The notes under the pieces are model-generated. The model was given only the letters and a program-made list of their open reading frames with translations, did no database searches and was not told the origin of the DNA. This document shows, piece after piece, positions 52,312 through 64,000 of a stretch of 64,000 nt of DNA; the first letter of the stretch is position 1; every line of letters starts with the position of its first letter. The translations under genes were made by a program, and so were the position numbers. Source of the stretch: Camelus ferus (taxonomy: Eukaryota); the NCBI RefSeq assembly GCF_009834535.1, contig NC_045696.1:36582001-36646000 (forward strand). The letters run 5' to 3'.

Positions 52312-52572
52312 TGGGGGTGGGAAGGGATAAATTGGGAGTTCAAGATTTGCAAATACTAACTAATATATATAAAATAGATAGACAAGTTTATACTATATAG
52401 CACAGGGAACTATAGCACAGGGAACTATATATATAATACCTTGTAGTAACTTACAGTGAAAAAGAATATAAAAACGAATATATGTATGTTCCTATATGAC
52501 TGAAGCATTGTGTTGTACACCAGAAATTGACACAACATTGTAAACTGGCTATACTTCAATAAAAAAAAAAAC
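52312..52572 (+). mobile_element. Young L1 3' end with poly(A)
   Basis: ggggtgggaagggataaattgggag...tgtacaccagaaattgacacaacattgtaaact...aataaaaaaa; internal tandem duplication of tatagcacagggaac. Confidence 0.93.
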
Positions 52573-53325
52573 CCAGAAAGTAAATAGTTCTTTTCCTTAT
52601 GTGGGAAAAGAATGGGAAAATGTTTTCAGATAAACGAATGACCTGAATGGTCAGGTTGGTAGGGTAGTGGGAGGGAGGTACCAGTGTAGATAAAGTAGCC
52701 TGACATAGACTCAAAGATGCTGTTTTGGTGCCAAGACAGACAAATCCATAAAGAAAAAGCTGTGAGCTCAGAATGCATAACAGCAACATAAGGGGATAAA
52801 ATTTAATTCTGTGAAAGTAGATCTAAGTGAGACAGAGTGTATTTCTAGTGAGTACAGGGGGAAGATTTAGTCATAGAGCCAAACATTTGCAGAGAGCATC
52901 ATATGCTGGCTTGCAGTATAGATAGGAGGAGAAGAGTGCAGGGACATCTCAAAGAAGGAAAAATTGCTGAAAAAAGGAAAGGTGATTCTGTAAGAAGCTG
53001 CAATCAGGGCTATAAAGTCCTAGTTATGTAACAAAGGAGCGTTGCATACAACCAAAAGGCACGAATGAATTATCAGCCACACACACATGAAAAAGACAGT
53101 CAAGGAAAGAGTATGTAAAGGATAAAGAATATATAGTTCTCTGACATGGTCATTTTTTTCCTGCTATACCCTTTACTGACTCCTTTATGAGAGGGATATT
53201 GGCATAAATAATTTTAAGTATCCCTTATATGCCTGGCAATTAATACATGCCAAAAATGTTTTTTTTTTTATATTGAGGTCTGATTTAAACTCAATATTAT
53301 TATGTTTGGGGAATTTGTTATTCTT

Positions 53326-55310
53326 TTTTCTAATTTTTTTTTATTAGGGTATAATCAGTTTACAATGTTGTGTCAATTTCTGCTGTACGGCACATTGCTT
53401 CAGTTATACATGAACATACATGTATTCATTTTCACTATAACCTACTACAAGATATTGAATATAGTTCCCTGTGCTATACAGTATACACTTGTTTATGTAT
53501 TTTATATATACCAGTCAGTATTTGCAAATCTCCAACTCCCAGTTTATCCCTTCCCACCCCCTCCCCCCTGGCAACCACAAGTCTGTATTCTATGTCTGTG
53601 AGTCTCTTTCTGTTTTATATATAAGTTCATTGGTCTTTTTTTTTAGATTCCACATATAAGTAATATCATATGATATTTTTCTTTCTCTTTCTGGCTTGCT
53701 TCACTTAGAATGACATTCTCCAGGCCCATCTGTGTTGTTGCAAATGGCATTATTTTATTATTTTTATGGCTGAGTAATATTCCATTGTATAAATATAACA
53801 TATCTTCTTTATCCAGTCATCTGTTGAAGGACATTTAGGTTGTCTCCATGTCTTGGCTATTGTAAATAGTGCTGCTATGAACACTGGGGTGCAGATGTCT
53901 TTTGAATTAAAGTTCCCTCTGGATATATGCCCAGGAGTGGGATTGCTGGATCATATGGTAAGTCTATTTTTAGTCTTTGGAGGAATCTCCATACTTTTTT
54001 CCACAATGACTGCACCAAATTGCATTCCCACCAGCAGTGTAGGAGGATTTCCTTTTCTCCACACCCTCTCCAGCATTTATCATTTATCATTTGTGGACTT
54101 TGAATGATGTCCATTCTTACTGGTGTTTGTAGTTTAGATTTGCATTTCTCTGATAATTAGTGATATTGAGCAGTTTTTCATGTGCCTAATGGTCATTTGT
54201 ATGTCTTCACTGGAGAATTGCTTGTTTAGGTCTTCTGCCCATTTTTGGGTTAGGTTGTTTGTTTTTTTCTTATTAAGTCATATGAGCTGTTTATATATTC
54301 TGGAATCAAGCCTTTGTCAGTCTCATCTTTTGCAAATATTTTCTCCCATTCTGTAGGTTGTCGTTTTGTTTTGCTTATGGTTTCCTTTGCTGTGCAAAAG
54401 CTTGTAAGTTTAATTGGGTCCCATTTGTTTATTTTGGCTTTTATTTCTATTTCTTGGGTAGACTGCTCTAGGAGAACATTGCTGAGATGTATGAGATAAT
54501 GTTTTGTCTATGTTTTCTTCTAGGAGTTTTATGGTGTCTTGTCTTATGTTTAAGTCTTTGATCCATCTTGAGTTGATTTTTGTGTATGGTGTAAGGGAGT
54601 GTTCTAGCTTCATTGTTTTACATGCTGCTCTCCAGTTTTCCCAACACCATTTGCTGAAGAGACTGTCTTTATTCCATTGTATATTCTTGCCTCCTTTGTC
54701 GAAGATTAGTTGACCAAAAGTTTGTGGGTTCATTTCTGGGCTCTCTATTCTGTTCCATTGGTCTATATGTCTGTTTTGGTACCAATACCATGCTGTCTTG
54801 ATGACTGTAGCTGTATAGTATTGTCTGAAGTCTGGGAGAGTTATTCCTCTAGCCTCTTACTTTTTCTTTAGTAATGCTTTGGCAATTCTAGGTCTTTTGT
54901 TGTTCCATATAAATTTTATTATGATTTGTTCTAGTTCTGTGAAATATGTCCTGGGTAATTTGATAGGGATTGCATGAAATCTGTAGATTGCCTTGGGCAG
55001 TGTGACCATTTTAACAATATTGATTCTTTCAATCCAGGAGCATGGGATATCTTTCTATTTTTTTTAGTCTTCTTTAATTTCCTTAATCAATGTTTTGTAG
55101 TTCTCCAAGTGTAAGTCTTTCATCCTTATTTATGTTTATTCCTAGGCATTTTATTACTTTGGGTGCTATTTTAAAAGGGATTGTTTCTTTACTTTTTTTT
55201 CTTGTTGACTTATCATTAGTGTAAAGAAATGCAACTGATTTTTGTACATTAATCTTGTATCCTGCTACCTTGCTGAATTCTTTTATTAGTTCTAGTAGTT
55301 TTTGTGTGGA
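53326..55310 (-). mobile_element. ~2-kb 5'-truncated L1 (degenerate ORF2 C-terminal part plus 3' UTR) with 17-bp TSD
   Basis: Antisense [31 protein letters not shown]...[19 protein letters not shown] gggaatttgttattctt (53309-53325) / gggaatttatcattctt (55311-55327). Confidence 0.96.
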
Positions 55311-55430
55311 GGGAATTTATCATTCTTAAGTTGAGCATTCGCTACTGTAGTAAGTAGATCCATTGTGTATGATGAACATTCTCAAAGAAATTTTAGGTGT
55401 CTTAACTTTTTTAAAATTGTAAACTGTCTT

Positions 55431-55588
55431 TTGTTTGTTTGACGTTTTTGTTGAAGTATAGTTGATTTACAATGTTGTGTTAATTTCTGGTGTACAGCAT
55501 ACTGATTCATATATATATATATATATATTCCTTTTCATTATATGCCATTACAAGTACTGAATATAGGTTCCTGGGCTCTACTGTAGGA
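55431..55588 (-). mobile_element. Short L1 3' end with internal (TA)n
   Basis: gaagtatagttgatttacaatgttgtgttaatttctggtgtacagca; TSD-like taaactgtctt / taaatgtctt. Confidence 0.85.
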
Positions 55589-55715
55589 TAAATGTCTTAA
55601 TATCCTTAGGTTTATGTTTATGTGTATCCAAATTTTATTGTTTCCAGAAAATGTCTGGTTACTCCTAAGCCAAGGAAAGACACTGCTGAGTTTACTTTTC
55701 TGTATTCCTACACAG

Positions 55716-55731
55716 CTGATAAAGAGAAAGG
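55716..55731 (+). other. Candidate 16-nt microexon or exon start
   Basis: tttacttttctgtattcctacacag acceptor; AGG|gtaaat donor (a stronger AAG|gtaagg lies at 55916). Confidence 0.25.
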
Positions 55732-56091
55732 GTAAATACAGAATTGGCAATCCTAAAGGGTACCATTGCTCTTATGTACTAACAGTTGCCATTCCTCCAA
55801 TTACATATTTGAGAAGAGAAAATATATTTAAAGGGATGACTCCTGGCAGAGTTTAGAGGTCATCCTGCCCCTTCTCACTTTAACCCTGGGTTGTTTAATC
55901 TCTAAATCAACTAAGGTAAGGCAGAGGCTCTCACTGAACATTTATTTATTTCTTCTTACACAAAAAGCACACTTAAATTTCATAGGTGAAGATAAAGACG
56001 AGGAAAGCAAAGATGATATGATTGACAGCGATGAGAAATCATCTGCTCTCAATTCGCTTATGATATGATAGCCAATCTCTTGACCACCAGT

Positions 56092-56104
56092 GGTCAACTT
56101 GACC
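56092..56104. promoter_or_regulatory. Perfect ERE-core palindrome GGTCAactTGACC
   Basis: Exact GGTCAnnnTGACC; function untested. Confidence 0.4.
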
Positions 56105-57194
56105 ACTCAGGGTGGCATGAAGAAAGAAACCATAGGCAGAGATGCACATGAAGCTGCAGAGTTCCTCACAAGCCCTACCTGCTTCCAATCCCCATTTTGT
56201 AGAACAGATAGCATTTAGCCATGTCCTTCTAGAACTTTATATTTCCCCAGTTTATCACTTTCCTCAGCACCATACTGCACTAAGATATTCTTCAAATGAA
56301 AGACTAAGATGAAGGCAGTCCTTGACAAGCTTAAATAATTTTTCAAAGAGTTTCAAAGAAAAATAGACACAACAATAAAGTTCTTCAAAGCTGATTCCAC
56401 CTTTTCTTGAGATAAATAAGAGAAGAGCTTTCAGGGTTGTTGTTGTTTTTCCCCTTATGAATTTCTTACACAATTTATATTTCTGATTTGACTCTAAGCA
56501 CCCTAATTGTGCTTGTGGCAAGTGATGTTCAAATCCACTTACGAATACTTATGAAGCATCTTACAAAATACAAAGGATTTTGAATTTTTTAAAGGGAAAT
56601 ATTGTATTTGCTTTAAGTTCTCTTGAATCAGACTCCTTATTTCTATTTGATACTATTCAATGGAAACTATTTATTTTACCTATTTATTACCTATTTATTT
56701 AAAAAAATGGTATATTTTATAAAAAACATTTCTCTGGTATAAGAGGCAAGTTTAGTGAGTCATCATGAACATCAGGTGAAGAGTAATCAGAAATTTGTTT
56801 ATTTCATCCATTATTTAACTCATTCTTTATACACTTTTTCTATTATTGTTTGAATTAATTTATGTATTGATTCATGCAAATATACTTACATTCTTATGTC
56901 TTTGAGAAGTAAGCTGAATTGAATCTGTACAACATTGGTCTCGTAAGTCACATGCACTCATGCATGATGCACTGGCATTTGAGTTAAGTTATTAGAACTT
57001 ATATTTATATTATTCTCATAATAATTTTTACATATGTTGTATCAATATAATGATAACTTTTATAAAATATACATGAACAAAGATAGTCCATACTTACATA
57101 AAATTCATGAACAAATATATTCTATATTTAGTACATACACATAAAGAGAGCATATATTCTATGTATTTACCTATATTGACCCTATATTTTAGAG

Positions 57195-57415
57195 TTACAC
57201 TGTCCAATAGAGTAGCCATTAGCCAGAAACACTGTTGAAAACTTGAAATGTAGCTAATGTGACATGTTGAAATAATAATATTTGGGATAATATTTATTTA
57301 ATAATATTTGCTGAAATTAAATATGCTATTAAAATTAACTTCAGCTGTTCATTTTTACTTTTTAAAAATGTGTGCTACTAATTTAAAATTAAATATGTAG
57401 CTCGCATATCTATTT
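57195..57415. mobile_element. MER33/MER3-type hAT element
   Basis: ctgtccaatagagtagccattagcca...cttgaaatgtagcta...ttaaaattaacttcagctgttc. Confidence 0.75.
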
Positions 57416-58209
57416 TGAGAAGAGATTTTCTAAAAATATATATTGTATAGATAATATAGGTATTCTATATATTACAAATTTATAAAATACACACTGAGAG
57501 ATGGTTTTAAAGAATACTGAGAGTATCTACATGATCAAATTATTATTATATAGTACTATAAAATACAGTCCATTAAAATATTAATTGAAATAATATAAGT
57601 AGAAATAGTTTATTAGTTTATTTATAATTTATGGCTGCTGTACTGGGCACATTGTATTCTCTACATCTTCTCATTTCTGAGAATTAACTTCTCTGACTCT
57701 TTCAGCTCTATAAATGTGGTTTCCTAGAAGTTTCCCTATCAATTTTCCTGTAGCCGTGAATGATTGTAACTGATTCAAGCCAGATTGGTCAGAATCTTTC
57801 TGAATCCTGAAATTGAGTCAGAGAATCATATTTTGTCTAGTTGGCCAATATTGTAAGATGAGATGCAAAAGAGAATATGGTGTATGTATGTTCTGTCCTG
57901 TGGAGAAAGCCAGGCTGCTCTAAAAGGTATGGATGACATATATAGAGAAAATATTTTTCTGTGTAATTCCAGGGACTACCTACATTTCCCACTCATTATC
58001 TTTGGTAAGATGTCTCAGGGTCGTTATAACACATTTTGAATTTCTATCACTTGAGATAAAATTGTTTTAATTAAGGCAGTCATCAGGAACACAGAGAAAC
58101 CTTATTTTATTAATCGTTCATGTCTTAGATAATTAAATATCATGATGGCAAAGCTCCGGTCTACTTCCTAATTATAAAAGAAATAGAACACAGAAATTTG
58201 ATTTTAATC

Positions 58210-58830
58210 TTTAAAAAAATAGTTTTTTTCTGATTGATATAAAAAATACATGTTGACTAGGGACCAGTTATATGAAATACAGGCAAACAGAAATAAATAA
58301 ATAAAAATCACCTGATACCCCATGATTCTGAAAAAACTTTACTGGTTGTTTTACTTTATACCTGATTTTTATACATTTATGATCTATGTAAAATTTTTGA
58401 CAATAGTGGATATTCAATGTTCTATTCAGTATTTGTTTCCTGTTTAACATTATATCATAAGCAGTTTATTGTTAAAATTTTATCCATATATGCTTTTTAA
58501 ATACCATTAATTCAATAGTGAAGATATACTTTATTTATAATCTTGTAAGTTTTATAGCTTTTTCCAATTTTCTACTAGTATAAATACTGCTCAAATGAAT
58601 AGATGTTCTTTCACATAAGGTTTTGACTGCATTTCTGGGTATTTCCATAGGATAGATAATAAGATACATTATGGATCAAAAAAGTATGACCTTTCTGACA
58701 TACTGACTTGAATTGTACAACATTGGTTGTACATAGTTTTTTATGAAAAAGTTTGTAGCAAATTCATATTCTCAACAGCAATGTTTGAATGCCCATCTTA
58801 CTGGAATTTCATCTGTATGGTATATGATGT
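58210..58830 (-). mobile_element. Ancient L1ME 3' fragment
   Basis: ttccaattttctactagtataaatactgctc...atttccataggatagat...attctcaacagcaatg. Confidence 0.6.
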
Positions 58831-59621
58831 TTTAAAAAATTGCCTATATATTACTTTATATTTTGTTGCCATTAAATATATAATTCCATAAATTTATGCA
58901 GGTACCAATAAAAGTTTTTAAATGAAATATATTTATAAAATCAAGTAACATAACCTCAGAAAATCTAAACACAACCATAGGAAATCTAACAGTGATAAAC
59001 TAAAATATCACAGTGATATGGAAATGAAGGTATTTCAAACTATAGAGATGAGTTTACAAAGAATTTTAGAATGATATGCAAATATGTATAAGAAATTTAA
59101 GTATACCCAAGCAATTGAGAATTATATTATGAAAAAGAAATCATGAATTAAAGAAGTAGAAACATAAAGAAGAAGAAAATGAGCATCCACATATGATTTT
59201 GAAATATTGGCTATAGATCAAGAGGTACATGATGGAAGAAAGGGGGATAACTAAAGTTAGGCATAAGCCAAATCCTGGGAAATATGTAGATAAAAGAAAA
59301 AATAAGCACAATGCCTATTTCTATGTGTACCGTGCTGCTCCACTTTCTTTGATAATTGCCTTAAACTTGTCTTTGCCCTTGTAAACACATTTAAAGCGAA
59401 TTCTCCAAGGGCAGAGAGGTGATAGATAATAGGTGAAGTAATAGGCAGTTACAGAGAGTAAACAGAGGGTTTTACTTTTTTAGACAACTGCTCTCTTGAG
59501 AAGCAAGTTTCATTATTTGAAGCTAACTTGTCTATTTTCCCCCTTTGATGTGTTGTTAAAGAAAGTTTTACAATTTGAGATATTGCTTCTCTTCTAATGC
59601 TCTAAAATGTTGCTGATGCAG

Positions 59622-59636
59622 AGAAAATGCTCCAAG
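59622..59636 (+). other. Candidate 15-nt microexon AGAAAATGCTCCAAG
   Basis: ttctaat branch motif, several TGC, ~40-nt AG-free zone, gcag acceptor, AAG|gttagt donor (gtaagt 4 nt later). Confidence 0.4.
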
Positions 59637-59979
59637 GTTAGTAAGTTAATTTTTTATCATATAGAACTTTATATATATTCTAACTGTGATCGTGTTCCAA
59701 ATATTCCTTAAAACAATTAATAATAGCTGATGTCCTTACATTTTAAGGTAGGTCAATTATATTTGATGTAATGGTTGAATTTCATTAAAAAGTAGAAAAC
59801 ATGAATCTTCCAAGTTCATGAAATATATATATATATATATATTGCTTGTAATGGAGGGCTTTTGGGAAGGAAAGTTTGAAATGCATAAAAATATAGCACA
59901 TTTGATATAAGAGGAAATGTTTAACTGTTTAATATCAAGTATGTTTCCTTAGAATGCAAGTTCTCAAGAATAAATGGGC

Positions 59980-60364
59980 AGTTGCTGCCTCAACCCGGTT
60001 TCCCCAAAAGCAAGGCTGAGAGATTTTGCATGCAGGTAGTTTATTTGGGAATATGGTCTCATGGAGCAGGAATGATGGACAGGGGTATACTGTCTCCTGA
60101 GACAAAAAAATGTGTTTTTAGAACTTTTGGACTAAAAGGAGGGCATATTTCCATAAGTCCCTGTCCCCCTACTGGGCAGTAACTCACGTTTCTAGGTCAC
60201 TCATGCAGTACATGAGTGCTGAACGAGTTCCCAGGAGCACTTCAAGCACGCTTATAGTGTGCATCAGTGTGAAGCGGGTTGTAGTCCCCACTGGTCTGGT
60301 TGGTGCAGCTGCAGTAAGGGTGACACTGGGCGGGTGTGAAATAGGCACAAGAGAGGTGTATGTA
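59980..60364 (-). mobile_element. LTR33/LTR16-type 3' LTR of ERVL provirus
   Basis: caaggctgagagattttgcatgcaggtagtttatttggga; adjacent PPT-like sequence (reverse complement aagggttggac). Confidence 0.7.
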
Positions 60365-63300
60365 GTCCAACCCTTGTAGTACTCAGATCTATTCATACTT
60401 GGTGAATCCATGGGATTATTTGAACAAGGTTATATTCCCAGTGGTGTGGCTTGCCCAAGGCCATAATTGATATTCATCATCTACCTCTTCATGTTTCAGT
60501 TCTACATTTAGCTAACCCTCAAGTCAGAATTTCAACTTGTCTAGGTTGCTTGCCTACTGAAATGATCCTTTAGCCCTGAAGGGGCTGAATCTTTAATTGA
60601 ATTGTTTTTATTGTACTCTGGTTGTTACAGTTTGTTCATAGTTATTACTGAGCATAGACACACAAAGAGAGGCTTCCAGAAATCACTTGTTTTCCAGACA
60701 GCTCCTTACTGGCCACTCTAGTGGCAATCCTGGCTCCTCACTCCAGCCATACTTGAGTGAGAATATAGGGTAGCAGTAGCCACTTTTTGGCCACTACCAA
60801 TACCAATCCCTCTGTGAACCAAGTCCACATATTTTCCTTTGTGGTCAGTTAGTTCTAGGCACTTCTTCAAAAAGGCTAAGTGTATATCAGAGTTAACTGA
60901 AATAGGATCTGGATCTTTTCTTTTTATAACTTGCATGTTCTGGACCTGCTCAGGCACCACCCTGAGTGTGTCATTTCTATCATGCAGTTGGTCACTGCCC
61001 TCTGTGTGACAGGACAAGCAGCTCCAATCCACAGTCCCTTATTACCCCATGACAAGTTCTTAAGTCTTTACTAGGGCCATGAGTACAGTAGGAGCTGGTA
61101 GTTCTGTGCTACAGAAAGCATGGCCTTGCTGCAAAGTCCTGAGTCTGTGCAGCAACATATCTACTGTGGCTTACCAGAGACTCTGCATAGTCTCTTTTAA
61201 ATCTGCTGTGGATACTTCTATCATCATCAGATCTGCTAGGTCATATGATCTGAGTGTCAGGACAGTTAGCACCCAGGTTAGACTTCCTGCAATACCTTAT
61301 GTTGCTCTGGGAACTATTTCAAAACTGTCAGCATTGTAAGTCACTTAATAAATTGGTCAAAACAGAATTTTCAGATTTCTTCCAAATACCAAAAAGGACC
61401 ATCAAATGATGTCTTTTTTCTCTCTATAGGTGTTGCAAAATGCATCAGCTTGTCCTTCTCTTAAACAGAATGTCTCAGAATTCTCCTGACCCCTGGATAC
61501 CTATAAACCTCACAGTAGAGTAGGACCCTCAGTCATCATGGTATTTATCTTCTACCCTCTGGCTATTCTGTCTTACCATATTATTCACTCCTCTTGAGTA
61601 CTAATTAGTATTATTTCATATTACAATTGGCCAGTGATGTTCTGCAGATTGTCAAGATGATCAAATTTCCTGTGAAACAGGATGGTGCCCTGAGGACAGA
61701 GAATGGGATAGTTAACAGTCTAGAGGAAAGACAGTGAATGTGTACTGCTGTCTTGCCCATGTAAAAGAGAACTCCTTTCTGCCTTCCAGTAGAGATTGAA
61801 CAGAATGTGTCCAGTAGACCAAGAGTTGCACACAAAGCATCAGAGACTATGTATATTTCAGTAAAGAGCTACTTCCGGCGCAAAAGCAACTGTGAATAAG
61901 TCTAACATTTGGTTAAGTTTGTAACAGTCCATCTTCATTTGCTTTGATCCATCTGCTTTTTCAGAGACAAGCAAGTGAATTGAAAAAGTGTTTGATGGGA
62001 AGTAGCAGTAGTATCTACACTTCCTCAAGGATAGCGATACTGCTTTTTCTTTACAGCCTGACAGTCTAGGGGCAGGTTAAAGTGCTTCCACTTGTCCTTC
62101 CTTGCATCATAGGTCAGAGATCCAATATGAGGGTATGCCAGCTGCTTAATATATCTAGTCAATTATGCACTTTAGAGCTTGAGGACTTAACAACTGAGTC
62201 AATCAGTAGGAATTTTGGAACATTGTGAAATGGGCTTGGACTAAGATTATCTTTATAAATATAAACCCCTTTACAAATCAGAGGATCCATAACGGGCTTT
62301 CAGATCCTCTGGTATCAGTGTCTTAAAAATCTTTGAGTATTATTCTTTCCCAGTATAGGGTCACAAGTTCCTTTAGGAAGTTGTTAAAGGGATGTTTATC
62401 ATATGAGCTTGTGGAAGCCTTTTATCAAGGGGATCTCACTTCTTTGTCATAGGCTGACTTGCATTTTTTCTAAATTGATATGTTAAAATTTCAACTCTCC
62501 AATATCTAAGAATATGACTGTATTGGGAGATAGTTTTTTTTAAGTGGTAATTAAGTTAAAATGAGGTCATTAGGGTGAACTCTAATCCAATATGTCTGGT
62601 GTCCTTATAAGAAGAGAAAATTTGGACATAGACAGGTACAGAAGGAAGATCAGTGAAGACCTTGGGAGAAGATGGCCATCCACAAGCCAAGTAATGAGGC
62701 TGCAGAAGAAACCAATTCTTTATCTCAGATATCTAGCCTCCAGAATTGTGAGAAAATGAATTTGTGTTGATTAAGCCACCTGGTCTGTGGTACTTTGCTG
62801 TGGCAACCCTAGCAAACTAGTACATTGCACTTTGGATATGTAGACTGATTAGATTTGGAAATTGGTTGAGGGATTATAATTTTGCAGTATCAGAATTCAT
62901 TTAAGTGCTGTGGCTGGCCTCTGCCATTCTGGAATTCTATAATTCCTATTGATACCAGTGAGCCCAGTAGGAAGCATCTCGTACCATCACTCCTTGACTG
63001 TAGAGGTCAGACCCACTAAGCTTTTCAAAGATGCTAGTGCCTCTCTCACCAGTGCATTTCTTAAAATCTTTGTGAAGATATGTCCTGTGGATCCTCCCAG
63101 GGAATGCAGTCGGATAGCAGGTTTTCCAGTCCCTCTTAGTAAATTCGTTTAAATGTTTTCATTTCCTGAAGTCTTCTGATCCCTTTCTCAGTACCATTCA
63201 AAGAAAGTTTCATAATCTCTACTTCATTTAATATAGAACTATCACTGGATCCAAGCTTCAAAGAGCCATCTATGTAGTGTGTTAGGGCCAAAACTAGGTG

Positions 63301-64000
63301 TCCTTACCAAAACATTAACTCTGAGTCACAGGATTCTAAACCAATAAGTTATCCTCTGTTTAAACTTATCTTCTGCTTTATCCCCTCACTGACCACTGCC
63401 CAGTGTAGTAGCCTCAAGACCACTCACTTACACATATATTCCTCTGGTTTCTGCTGGTACATATTAGCAGTCCCTGTAATTCCTTCAATATATAAGAAAT
63501 AGCATTTCCCTGTTCAGGCTGTACTGAGACCTAACCTTAGTGTTTGGCCTGAAAGCGATGTGGAGTGGATGTACATTGTGAAGAGAATAAGCAAAGTCTG
63601 GCTAGGCCTCTGCCTTAGAGCCTTTGCAGGGTAGTCGGGGACTGGAAGGCGGCTTTATTAAGGGGGAGGAGGCTGCTTCTACTGCCTCGAAGGGTTCAGG
63701 GTTATCTGTGGGTTCAAGGTTCTTAGAATTTTTCACCAAAAAATCTCCACCCAATTTTTTCAGAGTTGTACTTTTTCTTATTAGGGCTCTGCTGACTTAG
63801 CAAATCTATCAAGGCGATGTATTCAGTTCTTTTGCAGCTCTATCAGCTCACAGTAAACTCTTGGGGCTGATTTTCAGTCGGATGTATCCTGTGTACGTGC
63901 CAGATGTGGATCTCCTTAAACAGTCTTCTACAGTCCTCCTTTCTCCTTTTCAAGCATGCCTTGAGTTGAGAGTAAGCCAAAAGGAGCCTATCATTCCTTT
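60365..64000 (-). mobile_element. Degenerate ERVL (class III) internal region: pol and gag remnants
   Basis: Antisense peptides FTKILRNALVREALAS (gag-like, ~63030-63080) and KDKLMHFA / VRFIGIQGSG (RT-like, 61430-61520); many stops and frameshifts. Confidence 0.8.
62445..62824 (+). mobile_element. MLT1B-like solo LTR nested in ERVL
   Basis: taattaagttaaaatgaggtcattagggtg...taatccaatatgtctggtgtccttataagaagag...gcaaccctagcaaactagtaca. Confidence 0.9.

Noticed and set aside
53302..54733. Multiple ORFs including L1 ORF2-like peptides
   Set aside because: Broken fragments of a truncated L1; same for 16980-17655, 8483-9133 and 46670-46855
1..64000. Named host gene or novel multi-gene system
   Set aside because: No candidate peptide matched a protein I recognise; nothing in the sequence supports an operon-like or defence-type system

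Overview
AT-rich mammalian genomic DNA, most likely camelid (alpaca/camel). The species call is an inference from a tRNA-Ala-like Vic-1-type SINE and artiodactyl-type L1 3' ends. A large part of the window is interspersed repeats: young and old L1, L2, MIR, MER20/MER58/MER33/MER102/Tigger2-type DNA transposons, MLT1/MLT2/MER34/LTR16-33-type LTRs, and a degenerate ERVL provirus at the right end. There are also several microsatellites. No supplied ORF is a credible host protein, and there is no prokaryotic-type system or CRISPR array. Most L1 and LTR insertions lie on the - strand, which suggests the window is intronic in a long + strand transcript. Consistent with this, I find a series of very short + strand exon candidates (6-54 nt) with good splice signals. 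I cannot assign them to a known gene and some may be chance matches. Other points of interest: a perfect 13-bp ERE-core palindrome, a fold-back templated tandem duplication, nested transposon stacks and a ~300-nt pure pyrimidine tract. Repeat family names come from recalled consensus similarity, not a database search. Boundaries are approximate unless a TSD is given.
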